A model generated the notes under the pieces. It did not search any database. It had not been told where the DNA came from and was given only the letters and a program-made list of their open reading frames with translations. DNA of 64,000 bases from Savitreella phatthalungensis. Its lineage: Eukaryota. Positions 1 to 11,179 of this stretch are shown here, piece after piece. Position 1 is the stretch's first letter. Each line of letters begins with the position of its first letter. Where the stretch lies: positions 620,001 to 684,000 of the forward strand of contig AP039690.1 in the NCBI GenBank assembly GCA_051599415.1, given 5' to 3'. Made by a program: the position numbers and the translations under genes.

Positions 1-772
1 GCTCTCTCCTTCTCGAGCCGCATACCGTCGATTTCGCGTCTTGCCTCTGCTCGGGCCCTTGCGAGTTCTTGCTTAAGACCATCATGCTCCAACTTCAGTG
101 CGTCAAAGGCTGATTTGAGGTCGTTCAAATTGGCGGCAAGGTTTCGCTGCACCGGCGGCGTCGTTGGTGGTATATGTGATAGTGCAGCTGGTTCAACCAC
201 CGCTGCAGCTGCTGCCGTTGATGGGCGTGCTGATAGCACAAGCTTCTCAGTCAGCTTGCCTGACGCTGCGAGAGATTGTCTAGAGCGCACCGGTTGATTC
301 ACATCGCGTGCTGAGAGAGCCTTGCGCGGGGAAACTCTTGCAGACGACGACGGAGGTCTGTGCTGCTTGGACTGATGGATCTCATCAAAGACATCAGAAA
401 AGTGCCCGGATTCATATGGCACGAGCGTGTCAGCGCTGTCAAGCCATGATGGTGAACCGCGTTGCTGGCCATGCTGCTGCGGCTGTCGCGGATGCTGGTA
501 CAGCCGGTGCGATCGCGCCGGCGATGCGCGGCGTTGCTCTGTGTCTAGCGCAGAATGTGGATCGAATAGATCGATGGGTTCCTGTGTCGGGACTGCACCA
601 GCATAAATAGCAGCGGGATCGACGAAGCCGGTTCTACAGGGCGTTGTGATACATTCGCGCCTAAAACGTCAGCTCAGTCCATCGCGACGGGTTCGTGGTG
701 GAGTTTTTCTTACATCAATGCTGTCAACGGCGAATCCTTAAGACCGGAGCCATGATCCATGAAGCGTGCCAT
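1..772 (-). CDS. Hypothetical protein with coiled-coil region, 3' end outside the window; one intron (661-713)
   Basis: Hand reconstruction: ATG at 772 (MARFMDHGSGLKDSPLTAL), intron GTAAGA...GCTGAC-GTTTTAG at 713-661, then an open frame to base 1 ending in heptad-like NLNDLKSAFDALKLEHDGLKQELARARAEARREIDGMRLEKER. Contains D-box-like RKALSARDVN. Absent from the ORF track because there is no stop in the window. Confidence 0.7.
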
Positions 773-960
773 GCGCGGCGTCGCCATCAAAGCCGCTTCG
801 TTCGGCATTTGAGCCTCTGTGATGTGGTCGGGATTGCTCGGATGTGAGCGAACGCCTTGCAGTTTTCAGCGCGATGGGAGTTCCGTCCCAAACTGTTGTC
901 ATTTGTTTACTATCGAGATCACAACCACATGCAACGAACCAGGATTTCTGCAGCAACAAG

Positions 961-976
961 CACGAAACCCACGCGT
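961..976. promoter_or_regulatory. Adjacent SCB-like (CACGAAA) and MCB (ACGCGT) cell-cycle boxes in a divergent promoter
   Basis: Sequence CACGAAACCCACGCGT lies between divergent starts at 772 (-) and 1103 (+). Short motifs can occur by chance. Confidence 0.35.
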
Positions 977-1102
977 GGACAAATCGAGAGACCCTGCTGG
1001 GCGGGACACACACAGCAGGGAAAAGTCGATCCATGCAATTGTGATACGTCTCGTACGATTACATCTTGGTGAATACGGAGGGAAGACAAAGCTGCGGGTC
1101 CT

Positions 1103-1669
1103 ATGGTCATCATGCGCCCCAGTCAGAAGAAGCCCGGTTTCATAGCGGCCGATAAGGAGAACACACATGGTTCTCCGAGAGGATCCTCGCTCGTGGCCAG
1201 CAAACGGCAGCGTCGGCCGTTGCAGATCTTGACAGGTGAAGAGTTGCAGCGGCGGTCAGCATCTCCGAGATCAGCGCAAGAAGGGCAGGCACATGCCCAG
1301 CACGAATTCATGACATTTCTCGCACCTGCTCTGGCTGAACAGGAGGCTTTCGAGCGAGACGGATTGGAGGCAATGCAGGGCATTCTTGGGGAGTCCCTCG
1401 TGGGAACAGCGCATGACAAAGCGGAAGGTATCATGGAGACAAGAAGACGGCGATCATCCAATGGCCTCGTTATGCCCGTCAAGCTCGCGCGCAAGACTTC
1501 CCATGTAAATAGCATGATGGATGAACGTCGGCAAGCACTGGGTCATGTTCAAATGGCGACGGAAGCGCTTGAGCCTCGTCCGCAGTCAGTCGCGGCGCTG
1601 CGCCGCGCCGCGATCACGCGAGCAACAGAGAGATCGAATCGGGTGAGCGTTTTGCGATCGATGCGATAG
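1103..1669 (+). CDS. Hypothetical protein (188 aa, basic/low complexity)
   Basis: ATG-initiated ORF filling the gap between divergent and convergent neighbours; no family recognised. Confidence 0.55.
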   Translation: MVIMRPSQKKPGFIAADKENTHGSPRGSSLVASKRQRRPLQILTGEELQRRSASPRSAQEGQAHAQHEFMTFLAPALAEQEAFERDGLEAMQGILGESLVGTAHDKAEGIMETRRRRSSNGLVMPVKLARKTSHVNSMMDERRQALGHVQMATEALEPRPQSVAALRRAAITRATERSNRVSVLRSMR

Positions 1670-1734
1670 GCCGGACGACGATAGAGTCATAAATGTACAT
1701 TAGCGAAGATTCCATGCCTGACGGACAATGCGAA

Positions 1735-2169
1735 CTAGGACAGTGGTACTGGGGTCCCCGATGCGGCAGGGTTGGTTCGTGCGGCATCATCGAAAATTAT
1801 CCGCTCGGCGCCAGTCAACTCTATTAGCTTTGCGAGGATATCATCGCTGTGTAGTCCACGCACATCCAGGTCGATCACCGGTTGCGGCTCAGAGCCCTTG
1901 AACAATTGGAGCGAGGCGGCTATATTTGCATTTTGTGGGTCCTCGGTCGAGCGCGGCACTCTAGAGACGTCCATTTGTAGGCTCGGGTTGTGAAATTTGA
2001 TGGAAGGCAAAGACTGTTGAGCAAACTTTCTCGCACCCATGTGACCTCCTGCGTTCCTTTGCGCGAATGACAAACGAAGCTGTGTAAATTCGGCTGGCAG
2101 CGAGACGCTAGCGGGACCCTTCCTGATCACATCAAGGCGGCGGGCCTGGACGACAGCGCGATTGACCAT
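1735..2169 (-). CDS. MRP49: Mitochondrial large-subunit ribosomal protein Mrp49/mL61 (L51/S25/CI-B8 domain)
   Basis: Motif GPASVSLP..LRLSF...GGHMGARKF....LPSIKFHNP is typical of fungal Mrp49. Confidence 0.8.
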   Translation of the reverse strand: MVNRAVVQARRLDVIRKGPASVSLPAEFTQLRLSFAQRNAGGHMGARKFAQQSLPSIKFHNPSLQMDVSRVPRSTEDPQNANIAASLQLFKGSEPQPVIDLDVRGLHSDDILAKLIELTGAERIIFDDAARTNPAASGTPVPLS

Positions 2170-2509
2170 CCGAGCCGGGCTGTGACTGGTTTACTTTGTA
2201 TGTCAGCTGCTGTCTAGTGACGTACGAGTTCGCTGATTCGAGCAGTGAGAATTCCACTGCTTTCTGAAGGCCGTCGTACGAGCTCGGTCGCCCGTTACCG
2301 TTAAGTGGGCACTGACAAGTTTTTTTTTGGTTGTCATATAGTGCATCATGCATGTTTTCCACCTTACAGTGCAACTATCGAGCAGAACTTCAGAACATGT
2401 CATCGGATGCAGCAACGATGACCGAGTCGAGATGTGTGCAGGAGGCTATGGTATATAATTTGGCTAGATATTGGAAGCATTCTAGTAGCTGAACGTCCAC
2501 TTTGCATCT

Positions 2510-3844
2510 TCAACGGAGGAATTGATGAATGAGGGAAGAGCCCGGCTCGACCGTCCAGGGCCCAAGGCGATTCAGGTCAACGGTTTTTAGTGCCAAGACG
2601 ACCAGCAGCAATGTTGATGGGATCGTCAACAGAGCATATGAATACCAGCAGATCATTGCAATCTCCTTCTCAAAGACGTCGTTCAGTTGGCACATAGAGG
2701 ATACCTGAATGGCTGTTGGGGACCCGATAAGAATGAACATGACGACAAGGAAGATAGGGTCGTCGACGACCGAGACTGGGGCGAATCTGGCCAAGATTGT
2801 GATGATCGGCAGGAGTACGAGTGGTACAAGCAGCATTCGTGAAGTGATGGCAGTGAAGACAGTTTTGCGCCGGTCGGAAAGTTCTTCTGAGTTTTCTGGC
2901 TGCTTCGAAGCGAGGTTACCTCCAAGTACAACCAAAATGAGCGGAACCGCACAGTTGCCTGAGGTTATGATCGCTGTCGTCAGGGAGTTGTAGACAAACG
3001 TGTCTTTCGTGAAGAAGAAGCGCTGCAGTGCTGGGATGCAAGCGATGATGAGCGAGATCAACATAGACCAAAGTGGAATGTTCATGGAGTTCCACACGGC
3101 TACGAACGGCCGAGAAAGTGTATGCTTCCAGTCTTTCGGGGTCGTACGTTTCGTTACCTGTGCACCAGCCCTCCTAGTGTCGGATTGTTGATGACCGTTG
3201 AGAAGACTAGTCCCCTCATCTGCATCCTCGTCTTCCGAGTTGAGGGTCTCTCCGGACTCAATGCTGCCCTGGTCGTCGTGCTCATAGTCGCTTGGAAGGG
3301 AGCGCGCGAATAGGTAGTTGTAGCCCCACGACCAGCGAATGGCGAGACCCATCTGGGAAAAGACGAGGAGATACAACAGGCCGCGGGATGCCACAGCCTC
3401 ATCGGTGTCGTCGGGCACCTGATCCCAGAACAGACCATCGAGGGAGTATGCGAGAGCAGAGACTAGTGCTAGCGGAAGCGAGTTTGAATTCTGAAAAATG
3501 GTGCAGCCAATGACAAAGCGTTCCTGTTTCGGTGGCAGACGCATCACGCGGGAAGCTCCTTTTGCTACCCAGTAGCTCGTGAACGAGATGACGAAGAATG
3601 CGACCGGAGGTAGCCAGAGGTCACCTAGCTGATCGATTGTCAGCGAGCTGGCGATCTTACTTGCGACAAGGCAAGGCTGGAAGAAGTTCATGTTGAGCTC
3701 AGAGATGACCTTCTGACTATCTCTCGGAAGCGCGTTCTTCTTTGTCAGGATATAACCACCAGCGACCAGAATAGCTGCCTCCAAGACCGATTCCAGCGTC
3801 GTCAGCAAGAGGCTCCCTAGGGGCGGGGTCGTATTGCCGCTCAT
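2510..3844 (-). CDS. Auxin efflux carrier (AEC/Mem_trans, PILS-like) family transporter
   Basis: Two blocks of about 5 TM helices around an acidic loop; motifs LNMNFFQPCL, FQNSNSLPLAL, GNCAVPLILVVLG, GSPTA. Probable start MSGNTT at 3844. Confidence 0.85.
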   Translation of the reverse strand: MSGNTTPPLGSLLLTTLESVLEAAILVAGGYILTKKNALPRDSQKVISELNMNFFQPCLVASKIASSLTIDQLGDLWLPPVAFFVISFTSYWVAKGASRVMRLPPKQERFVIGCTIFQNSNSLPLALVSALAYSLDGLFWDQVPDDTDEAVASRGLLYLLVFSQMGLAIRWSWGYNYLFARSLPSDYEHDDQGSIESGETLNSEDEDADEGTSLLNGHQQSDTRRAGAQVTKRTTPKDWKHTLSRPFVAVWNSMNIPLWSMLISLIIACIPALQRFFFTKDTFVYNSLTTAIITSGNCAVPLILVVLGGNLASKQPENSEELSDRRKTVFTAITSRMLLVPLVLLPIITILARFAPVSVVDDPIFLVVMFILIGSPTAIQVSSMCQLNDVFEKEIAMICWYSYALLTIPSTLLLVVLALKTVDLNRLGPWTVEPGSSLIHQFLR

Positions 3845-5161
3845 GGTAGCAAGCGTGATATCAACTGTCTCCGAGAGGCTTGTGCGGCCGAAGGATTCAG
3901 TACTGTAACGCGCACAAAACGCTGCCGACCAGATTTGCCCGACTGGTTCTTGTGTGTGTCGGCACTTCGATGATGAATTCGACAGGTTCCGCAGACAAGC
4001 TTGATCGTATCGTTCGACTATACCATCGCTGCTTGGATGGTCCTTACTCGCCTTGAATGGTGACACGAGTCGTTGGTCTTATTAGGCGTTTGCCAAACCT
4101 GGCTCTCTTCCTTCCGTAGATTTGCCTAGCTACTTGGTCTGTTAAGCTATATGTCGATCTCGACGCCCTATCTCTAGCTAGACTTAAATTTAGATGCGCT
4201 CGAATATCGCAATTGATAAATGGACAAAGCTGAAAAAATAAAGTTAAGTTGCACATAGCGCAGCACGTTATTGGACGTTGTGATTGAGAGAAAGGATGAC
4301 GCAAGAGAAGAGCTCCTTTTCCACGTGTCTTTACATGATTCTACCTCCTTTTGTCACGTCTATCGACCCGATATCCACGTACTTCCGTACGTGTTATTAA
4401 CCGATTCAATTGCGAAATCACTAATGAAAGTAGAGCTCTCGAGCGTAAAACATATTGTTTGAGGTTTGATGTCCGGCCATGTACGGCGAGGACCTATGAT
4501 ACGCTTGGCAAAAGTCTCGGTAGATCGGTAGATAACTAAGTTTCTCAACATGATCAAATCCCAGACACTGCCAGACTTTCAGCTTGTCTGTCAGATGGTC
4601 GCGTTACTGGCATCGAGCTGCGCATATCTTAGGGCTGTTTCCAGCAGGCCGATTGCAACGAGAGCACATAATCATCCACATCCGGCCTACACTCCTCCGA
4701 ACTAGCCGCATATCTATTGTCAAGCATCTTGCCGTTGCAGATGATTATCACGGGATTCGTTACATGCTGCACTAGGTGCAGCAGAAATAGGCTGCCAAGT
4801 TTGTGCATCGATGATCAACTTGAAATTGAGCAAACTCCGAAATGAAAGCAGCTGTAGCACAAGCGAGGCTGTAACACTTGGATCAAGCCGATATATGCCA
4901 AAGCCAATGTTGCAGCTTGACAATTGCGTACCATTTTCTCGAAGCGGCTTTCAACCCACATCATCCAAGATAGACGCTCGTCGGCGTTGTCGTCTTTGGT
5001 AGCTAGCTTGCGCATACGAAGTCGTCTCCAGAGTCGGCGCGCCACAATCAACATCTTCTGGAAGTGATACACATAGCGACTCGACACGATCTATCCGGAC
5101 AAAACTATCATTCGGAGCTAGCGTTCAATTTCTGTCTATTCACGATACGCGTCTTCACACC

Positions 5162-5989
5162 ATGCATATCAGTCGTTTCTCATCCTTGCTTGCAGTCACA
5201 GGCGCACTGCTCTTGTCAGGCGCTCATGCGTGGTACTGTGATACCACGGTGGATGGTCAAAGATTTGACTTGACTGCGCTTGACGCTGAATACCGAGTTC
5301 TCGTGAGTTCGCATTCGACCCCTCCGACAGTGACGAACGTCACACTCGCGCTCAATCCATGCAGACAGCTGAAAGTCAATCGCGACTTGGAGAGTCAAGA
5401 TCAGTGTCCTTCTGGCACCCAAGTCTGCCGCACGACATCGATTATCAAAGGTGAGGTCGAGACAATTACAGAAGTGGTCACCTACGCGGCCACAAATCCA
5501 GGACAGAAAGAAGAAGCAGATGTCTCTTTGATCGAGGGGGAGAAAAAGTCTGGCGTGTCGGTCAAGATCTTCGGAGGCCACGACAACGAGGGCAAGGCAC
5601 TGTCGACCCGCATTGACTTTATCTGCGCCAGGTCGATCGATATCGGCGAGCCTGAGCTAGTAGACTCTGAAGGCAGACTCCTCGTACTCAGCTGGTCGAC
5701 TAAGTACGCATGTGCAGGCACGCTGAATAAAGGTGGAAGCGGCAACTCCTCTTCCGGGGGCTGGGGTTTCTTCACTTGGTTCTTCCTCATCATCTTTATG
5801 GCAATCGCGGCCCTTCTCATCTTCACACTCTTCCTCAACGTCCAGCGTTACGGACAAGTGGGACTCGACCCAGTACCGACTATGGACTCCCTCAGAGATC
5901 TGCCTTACCTTGCCAAGGACTTTGCAAATTCAGTCATGGACCTGATAAGAGGTCAGGGTATGGGTCGCTCAGGCTACTCTGCAGTGTAA
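5162..5989 (+). CDS. ATG27: Autophagy protein Atg27 (MRH domain, type I membrane protein)
   Basis: Signal peptide, Cys-patterned MRH domain (FDLTAL, TPPT, LNPC, WSTKYAC), GWGFFTWFFLI TM, DLPYL, C-terminal YSAV sorting motif. Confidence 0.9.
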   Translation: MHISRFSSLLAVTGALLLSGAHAWYCDTTVDGQRFDLTALDAEYRVLVSSHSTPPTVTNVTLALNPCRQLKVNRDLESQDQCPSGTQVCRTTSIIKGEVETITEVVTYAATNPGQKEEADVSLIEGEKKSGVSVKIFGGHDNEGKALSTRIDFICARSIDIGEPELVDSEGRLLVLSWSTKYACAGTLNKGGSGNSSSGGWGFFTWFFLIIFMAIAALLIFTLFLNVQRYGQVGLDPVPTMDSLRDLPYLAKDFANSVMDLIRGQGMGRSGYSAV

Positions 5990-6565
5990 TGTCGACTTTA
6001 ATTCTATGTCAGTCATGTGTTTCTCGACTGTTCATAGATAGTCCTTGACTTCGCAATCCTTCATCCTGGCATGGACTGAGCCATGCAGTATCAACAGCAC
6101 AGAAAACTGGGAAGGCTGAGTGCCATGCGATGTGACCTGCATATGTGCTACATTGATGGTCGATTTCCTGAACAGTATGCCACTTCCTGCATTTATCTTT
6201 GTGTGTGTGGTCACACCTGCGAGTCCGAAGCATTCAATTTACAGTCAATTTTGATCTTATTGGAGTGGAGCCTGTTTGGTTAATTTGAAATGCTCCACTG
6301 TGTCGATCAATTACGATTTGACTGGAGTACACCTATTACCGCCAACAGTTATTGCTCTGTTGTGTGCACGGACTGTCCGGGATCGCAAAACGTCAGAGCT
6401 AGCCATAGAACGCAGGCGTGCGAGTAGTCGATCGCCATACTTCTGAGGTCTCAAACAAGTCTTGATTGAAACTCGGCCTTGTCACCTGCTCAGAAGGAAA
6501 AAATCCTGATCGATTGCACCCTACCTTATCGGTCTCCGGAAATCAAAGAGATCTCACCACGCGCG

Positions 6566-7208
6566 ATGTCTGGCAAAGTGATCCTAGAAAGCAGTGATAA
6601 CTCGACCTTGTAAGTGCTCCAATCTCCTACTACAAGTCAATGACGAAGGCGACGACAACAGAATTGCTTGAGAGAAAAGTGACTGACTCGAGGTTTTAGC
6701 GAGGTCGATCGAGAGGTTGCGGAGAAGTCGGTGTTGCTGAAGAACATGCTGGAGGATGTGGGTGATGCGGACGAAGGGCCGATCCCACTGCAGAACGTGA
6801 ATGCGAACGTGTTGAAGAAGGTGATCGAGTGGTGTGAGCACCACCGGAAGGACCCTGCAGTCGAGCGAGAGGATGAAGTGAGCGCGCTGTCGAAGAAGCA
6901 GTCGTCAACGGACATGAGCGAATGGGACACCAAGTTCATGTCAGTAGACCAGGAGATGCTGTTTGAGATCATCCTTGCCGCAAATTATCTCGACATCAAG
7001 CCACTGCTCGACTGCGGCTGCAAGACCGTTGCAAACATGATCAAGGGCAAGACACCAGACGAGATTCGTAAGACCTTCAACATCGTGAACGACTTCACGC
7101 CTGAGGAGGAAGCTCAGATAAAGCGCGAAAACGGTAAGCTTATCCGAGCCGAACTATCGGTGCTCTCGAATGCTGACCTATTTGACAGAATGGGCTGAGG
7201 ACCGTTGA
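6566..7208 (+). CDS. SKP1: SCF ubiquitin ligase subunit Skp1; introns 6610-6699 and 7134-7188
   Basis: Spliced product [32 protein letters not shown]...[25 protein letters not shown]...KRENE|WAEDR*. Both introns have GTAAG donors, CTGAC branch sites and AG acceptors. Confidence 0.97.
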
Positions 7209-7299
7209 TCAGCCTCGAGCACCCTAACACCGCCTTCCTGCTGCTGCAATTTGATGACTCTAACTCCTGAATTATATCGTTACTGCTGTTCCAGAAGAT

Positions 7300-9753
7300 C
7301 TACAATTGTGTCGATGCGTGTCTACAGGCGACAAGGTCCATGCCAGCCCAAATGAAGCCTCCTTCATTGGCAGCCACGCTCATGTGGATACCAAACCAGA
7401 GCTTGCCATGCCACTTGCGCAAGCGAGCGAGCGTTCGATATGGCTCGCATTGTGCTATGCCTGTGGCAGGGTCCACGTTGATCATCAAACAACGCCTACA
7501 CTTCCCTAGTACGTCGAGCGCGATTGAGGAAGCGTTGCATCGAACTTCCTGCCACATGTCCTCCTCAAAAGGCTGCAACGACGTGTCGCCAGAGTTTCCC
7601 GTGCTGTCAAGCTCGATATTGGCGCGGAAGCAGGCGGCATCAAAGTCAGACTTGCCATCGCCCTCTTGACAAGCTGTCCTGAGTGCTGCAATCGACGGCC
7701 GCGTCACGCAAAGCAAAGGCGACTCGTTGCTCAGGCCAAGCTGTGACGAACTTGTAACCATTGCCTGCCGCTGTCCGAGATGAGACCAGGCGGATGTATC
7801 ATCGAGTCGTGGCTGTCGCGCAAACTCTGTATTGTCGAGTGCCGCAAGTGTGCATGTGATGCCAAGGAACCTCGATAGAGAGTCTTTCAAAGCTCGATCG
7901 CGATATGTGCGGAGATGTACACGGTCGCCACAGACCTGTGCTTCCTGTGACAATGGCTCAAAATCATTTTCCTGCCTGTCCAGCCTAACAAGATGAGAGA
8001 CCGTGCCAAAGTCGAGACGCAATGATTGTGAGATAAGGTCGATCGTGGGATGTATGTTTGCCATTCGTGAGTTTGTCTTCTGCGTCAAGATGCGGCCTGT
8101 CTGCAGGTCAATGATAGCCCATGATCGATCATGGGCCAGGCCGCGCGGCGTCAGCTGCCAAGGCGTATCTGGCGGAATATTGTAGGCAGCGCACGATTTC
8201 ACGGGAAAGACGCTGAGTCTAGTGATCTTGACGCGCTTAACACTGAAGTCCTTTTCCGGGGCGCGCATGCGTGTGACGGTATCAATTCGGGTGTCCGCTG
8301 TGCTGTATGTGAAGAAAGCCCGGAGGAAACAAAGCCAAGCATTGACATCAGCTTCTGTTGAGATTGCCCCCAAGCTCACCCTGATGGCGCCGGTAGGACG
8401 ACCATCGATGATATCCGTATCATCTCCGCAGCGATGGCCAGCGCGATGGTTCGCCTCAATCTCTGCGGCTGACCACTGGAGTAGACCCTCGACACCACCA
8501 GCGTTACATAAAGTTCCTGTACGAATGTGGATGCCAGACAGCTTCGCGAGACGTTCGACCTCTGAGTAACCCACATAGTCCCCGTCGGCACGTTGTAGAA
8601 TCATGGTCAGCACTGGACTACCAGACTCGTAGTCAAGCAGGCGCACGAGCGAACGGCCGTTCGTGTGACAAAGGACTGCCAATTCAGCAGCACAGCGGCG
8701 CGACAGATTCGCCACATGCGTCTCAATTCGTGAAAAGCACTGCGTACCGCCAAATAGACGGGCATGAACACTTATCGCAGTACCGAGCGCTAAGATTGAG
8801 TGGAATGGTAAAGTACCGTCTTCGAGAGATGCGTGTAATTTGTCATCGTCGTGAGAATGCGGTGCAGCAAAATCCGAAGTGGCAGCGAGTCCACTGACCG
8901 TGCCACCTCCGAAGTAGCGGCGTCGGCTGATCAGCTTGGCTGTCCTCGTGCTCCGTTTCACAAGCAGGGCGCCTAAGCCTGAGGGATAGCCAAACATTTT
9001 ATAGAATGAGATGCAAACAAAGTCTGGTCCGTTTGAGTCAAGATTGATTGGTGAAGTGCTGGCGAGAGCTGCTGCATCAAACAACGTGAAGACATCTTCA
9101 TCATCTGTGCAATAAAGATCGGGTGAATATCGTCGACCTGAGAAGTTTGACCTTCCGCTCCATGCGACCAGAGCTGGTCCGACTCTGTCATCCCCAGGCT
9201 TTGACAAAAAGGTGTCGAAGCTGGACGCGAGCCGGCGCATGCCTATCATACTGGTGTGCGCGTCCCTGCAGTAAGAAAGTCGCCACCCAACGCTATCATA
9301 CGCATCGCACATGAGGCTTCCGACGAGTTTGATCGCGGCTGTTGCGCCGGATGTGAACACCAGATCGTACTGAGTATCTTCCGCATCAGTGAAGAGGGCG
9401 AGGGCCTGTTGGCGGATAGTTTCGACACGCCGGCGCGTCAGTTCTGCCGAGTTTGATGCGCTGTGAGGATTCCCCAGAAGATGCGCAGTCAAATCTGCTG
9501 CATGTTCGGTGACGACCGCGTCGGCATACTGCGTCGCCCCAGCATGATCAAGGTAGACTTCATTACAAAGTCGTTTATAGTGCACGCGCTTGATGGCTGC
9601 CGCATCATACGTATCGGTGGCTGCGTCCAGAGGTGTGTCTGGACTTTGCAAGGACATCAGCGCATTGTCCCAGTCTAAGATGTTCGCCGTCCGATTGCAA
9701 CGGCCAACTTGCACGCGATAAATCTTGGAAAGGGCGATGCTATATCCACGCAA
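7300..9753 (-). CDS. hxB: Molybdenum cofactor sulfurase (HxB/MOCOS/ABA3 family)
   Basis: NifS-like PLP domain (YLDHAG, GNPHS, SFYKMFGYPSGLG, RTGTLCNAG) plus MOSC domain (FPVKSC, FRANI, CRRCLMI). True start may be the Met at 9657. Confidence 0.92.
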   Translation of the reverse strand: MRGYSIALSKIYRVQVGRCNRTANILDWDNALMSLQSPDTPLDAATDTYDAAAIKRVHYKRLCNEVYLDHAGATQYADAVVTEHAADLTAHLLGNPHSASNSAELTRRRVETIRQQALALFTDAEDTQYDLVFTSGATAAIKLVGSLMCDAYDSVGWRLSYCRDAHTSMIGMRRLASSFDTFLSKPGDDRVGPALVAWSGRSNFSGRRYSPDLYCTDDEDVFTLFDAAALASTSPINLDSNGPDFVCISFYKMFGYPSGLGALLVKRSTRTAKLISRRRYFGGGTVSGLAATSDFAAPHSHDDDKLHASLEDGTLPFHSILALGTAISVHARLFGGTQCFSRIETHVANLSRRCAAELAVLCHTNGRSLVRLLDYESGSPVLTMILQRADGDYVGYSEVERLAKLSGIHIRTGTLCNAGGVEGLLQWSAAEIEANHRAGHRCGDDTDIIDGRPTGAIRVSLGAISTEADVNAWLCFLRAFFTYSTADTRIDTVTRMRAPEKDFSVKRVKITRLSVFPVKSCAAYNIPPDTPWQLTPRGLAHDRSWAIIDLQTGRILTQKTNSRMANIHPTIDLISQSLRLDFGTVSHLVRLDRQENDFEPLSQEAQVCGDRVHLRTYRDRALKDSLSRFLGITCTLAALDNTEFARQPRLDDTSAWSHLGQRQAMVTSSSQLGLSNESPLLCVTRPSIAALRTACQEGDGKSDFDAACFRANIELDSTGNSGDTSLQPFEEDMWQEVRCNASSIALDVLGKCRRCLMINVDPATGIAQCEPYRTLARLRKWHGKLWFGIHMSVAANEGGFIWAGMDLVACRHASTQL

Positions 9754-11179
9754 TGAGGACTCTAATGCTGCCAGTGTTCTCTGTGATCATGATAAGCGTG
9801 AACTCTCGAGACAGGTCTCCGGCCAGTCCTCTATACTGATTGGATGTGCCTGTATTTTGGCGGAGATGGCCGAGATGTTCGATTGGTCTGGCCTACGTGT
9901 GTTTCAAGCTAGATTGATCCAATACTTGTGCAGGAAGGGACGTTTTAGGTGTTGCATGAAAATATGCATGGACAAATATGGGTTTGTGTTTGATGGGCGG
10001 ACAGATAAAACACGATACCTGTTCCATGCTCGCTCAACAGAAGGAGAAGAAGAAGAATGATGTTCGGAAGTCGTGCAGTCGAATTAGAAGGTAGGTTGTA
10101 CAGAGTGAAGCCCAGGTCCAGGCAAAAGCGGAGTCATCTTATTAGTCGAAGAAACAATCAGGCTGAGATCGACTGGACCCTTAGGCGTGACTCAGACCTT
10201 CCGAACAGAAAGAACTGTGATGACTCGACTTTTGGAAGATCAACCGGTGTCGAGATAATGTCCTGTCGTATGTAGATTAATTTCTGTGTTGGATGATCAA
10301 GATTAGATGAGATTAAGCCAAATGGAGATATCTGTGATGATATGCCACTTCTCTCCAAAGTCACATCAAGAGATTTTGCATCTCGGTACAGGTAATGCCA
10401 TTTCTATAATTGGCTCTTGACAGAGATACAATTGGTAAGCCAGACACGGTTGATCGCGTCTTCTCGATCCTATTTTGATTGGACATCAGGCTTGAAGGCA
10501 AGCTAATACAGATTTTGCCGATCTCACTCACTTTCGCTTTCTCTTATACGTACATTACTGCCGCCATCATCTTGTAAGTGGGCGTGATCGATCGTTTGAA
10601 AAAGAAGAAGAAGATCCAGACTGAATAATCAAAAGTCAATGACGAAATTCATCAACAGGCTGAGGCGCAGTCCAGTGACTGGTCAGGCTATTTCACCAAG
10701 TTCACGACAGTCAAAGTCAGATTGACTCAATTAATGCTAGCTAGCACTCTAGCCTGAAGTCATGCAGGTTCTCTGCACTGCAACGTTCAATGCACTAGCT
10801 CACCATGCAGTGATAGACTACCCAACGTATCGGATACTTGTTCCTGTTCTCTGACAGGTGAGGAAGATGAGCCTCTTGTTTTAGAATTGATTTAACTTCC
10901 ATACCTGTCAACCGTAGATCCACCAGCGTCAATACCTCTCCCCGTTCAAACTTCAGGTTCTTGCTCACAATAGATCAAACATCCCCCGGATCAGCGCAGC
11001 CAAGCGTCAGTCCAGTTGCGCATCTTTCCACTACAGCCAAAGTCACCCACACGCGCTTTAGGCTAGCCAGGCAGACGCTTGAACGTTTCGCCTTCCTGAC
11101 ACAATGTGACAGTTGCGCGGAATATAAGTACCTTTCAGCCTCTCGATACCCAAGAAATTTTGTATCATCGCCCTACATA

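Noticed and set aside
2181..2188. Homol-D box (CAGTCACA on the minus strand) before MRP49
   Set aside because: Only about 12 bp from the ATG, too close for a core promoter element; single occurrence.
4815..5087. 90-aa minus-strand ORF upstream of ATG27
   Set aside because: No recognisable domain, non-ATG first codon and no convincing splice model.
9760..10960. Short ORFs and GTGATGA C-box-like motifs
   Set aside because: No coherent gene model and no matching D box with terminal stem.
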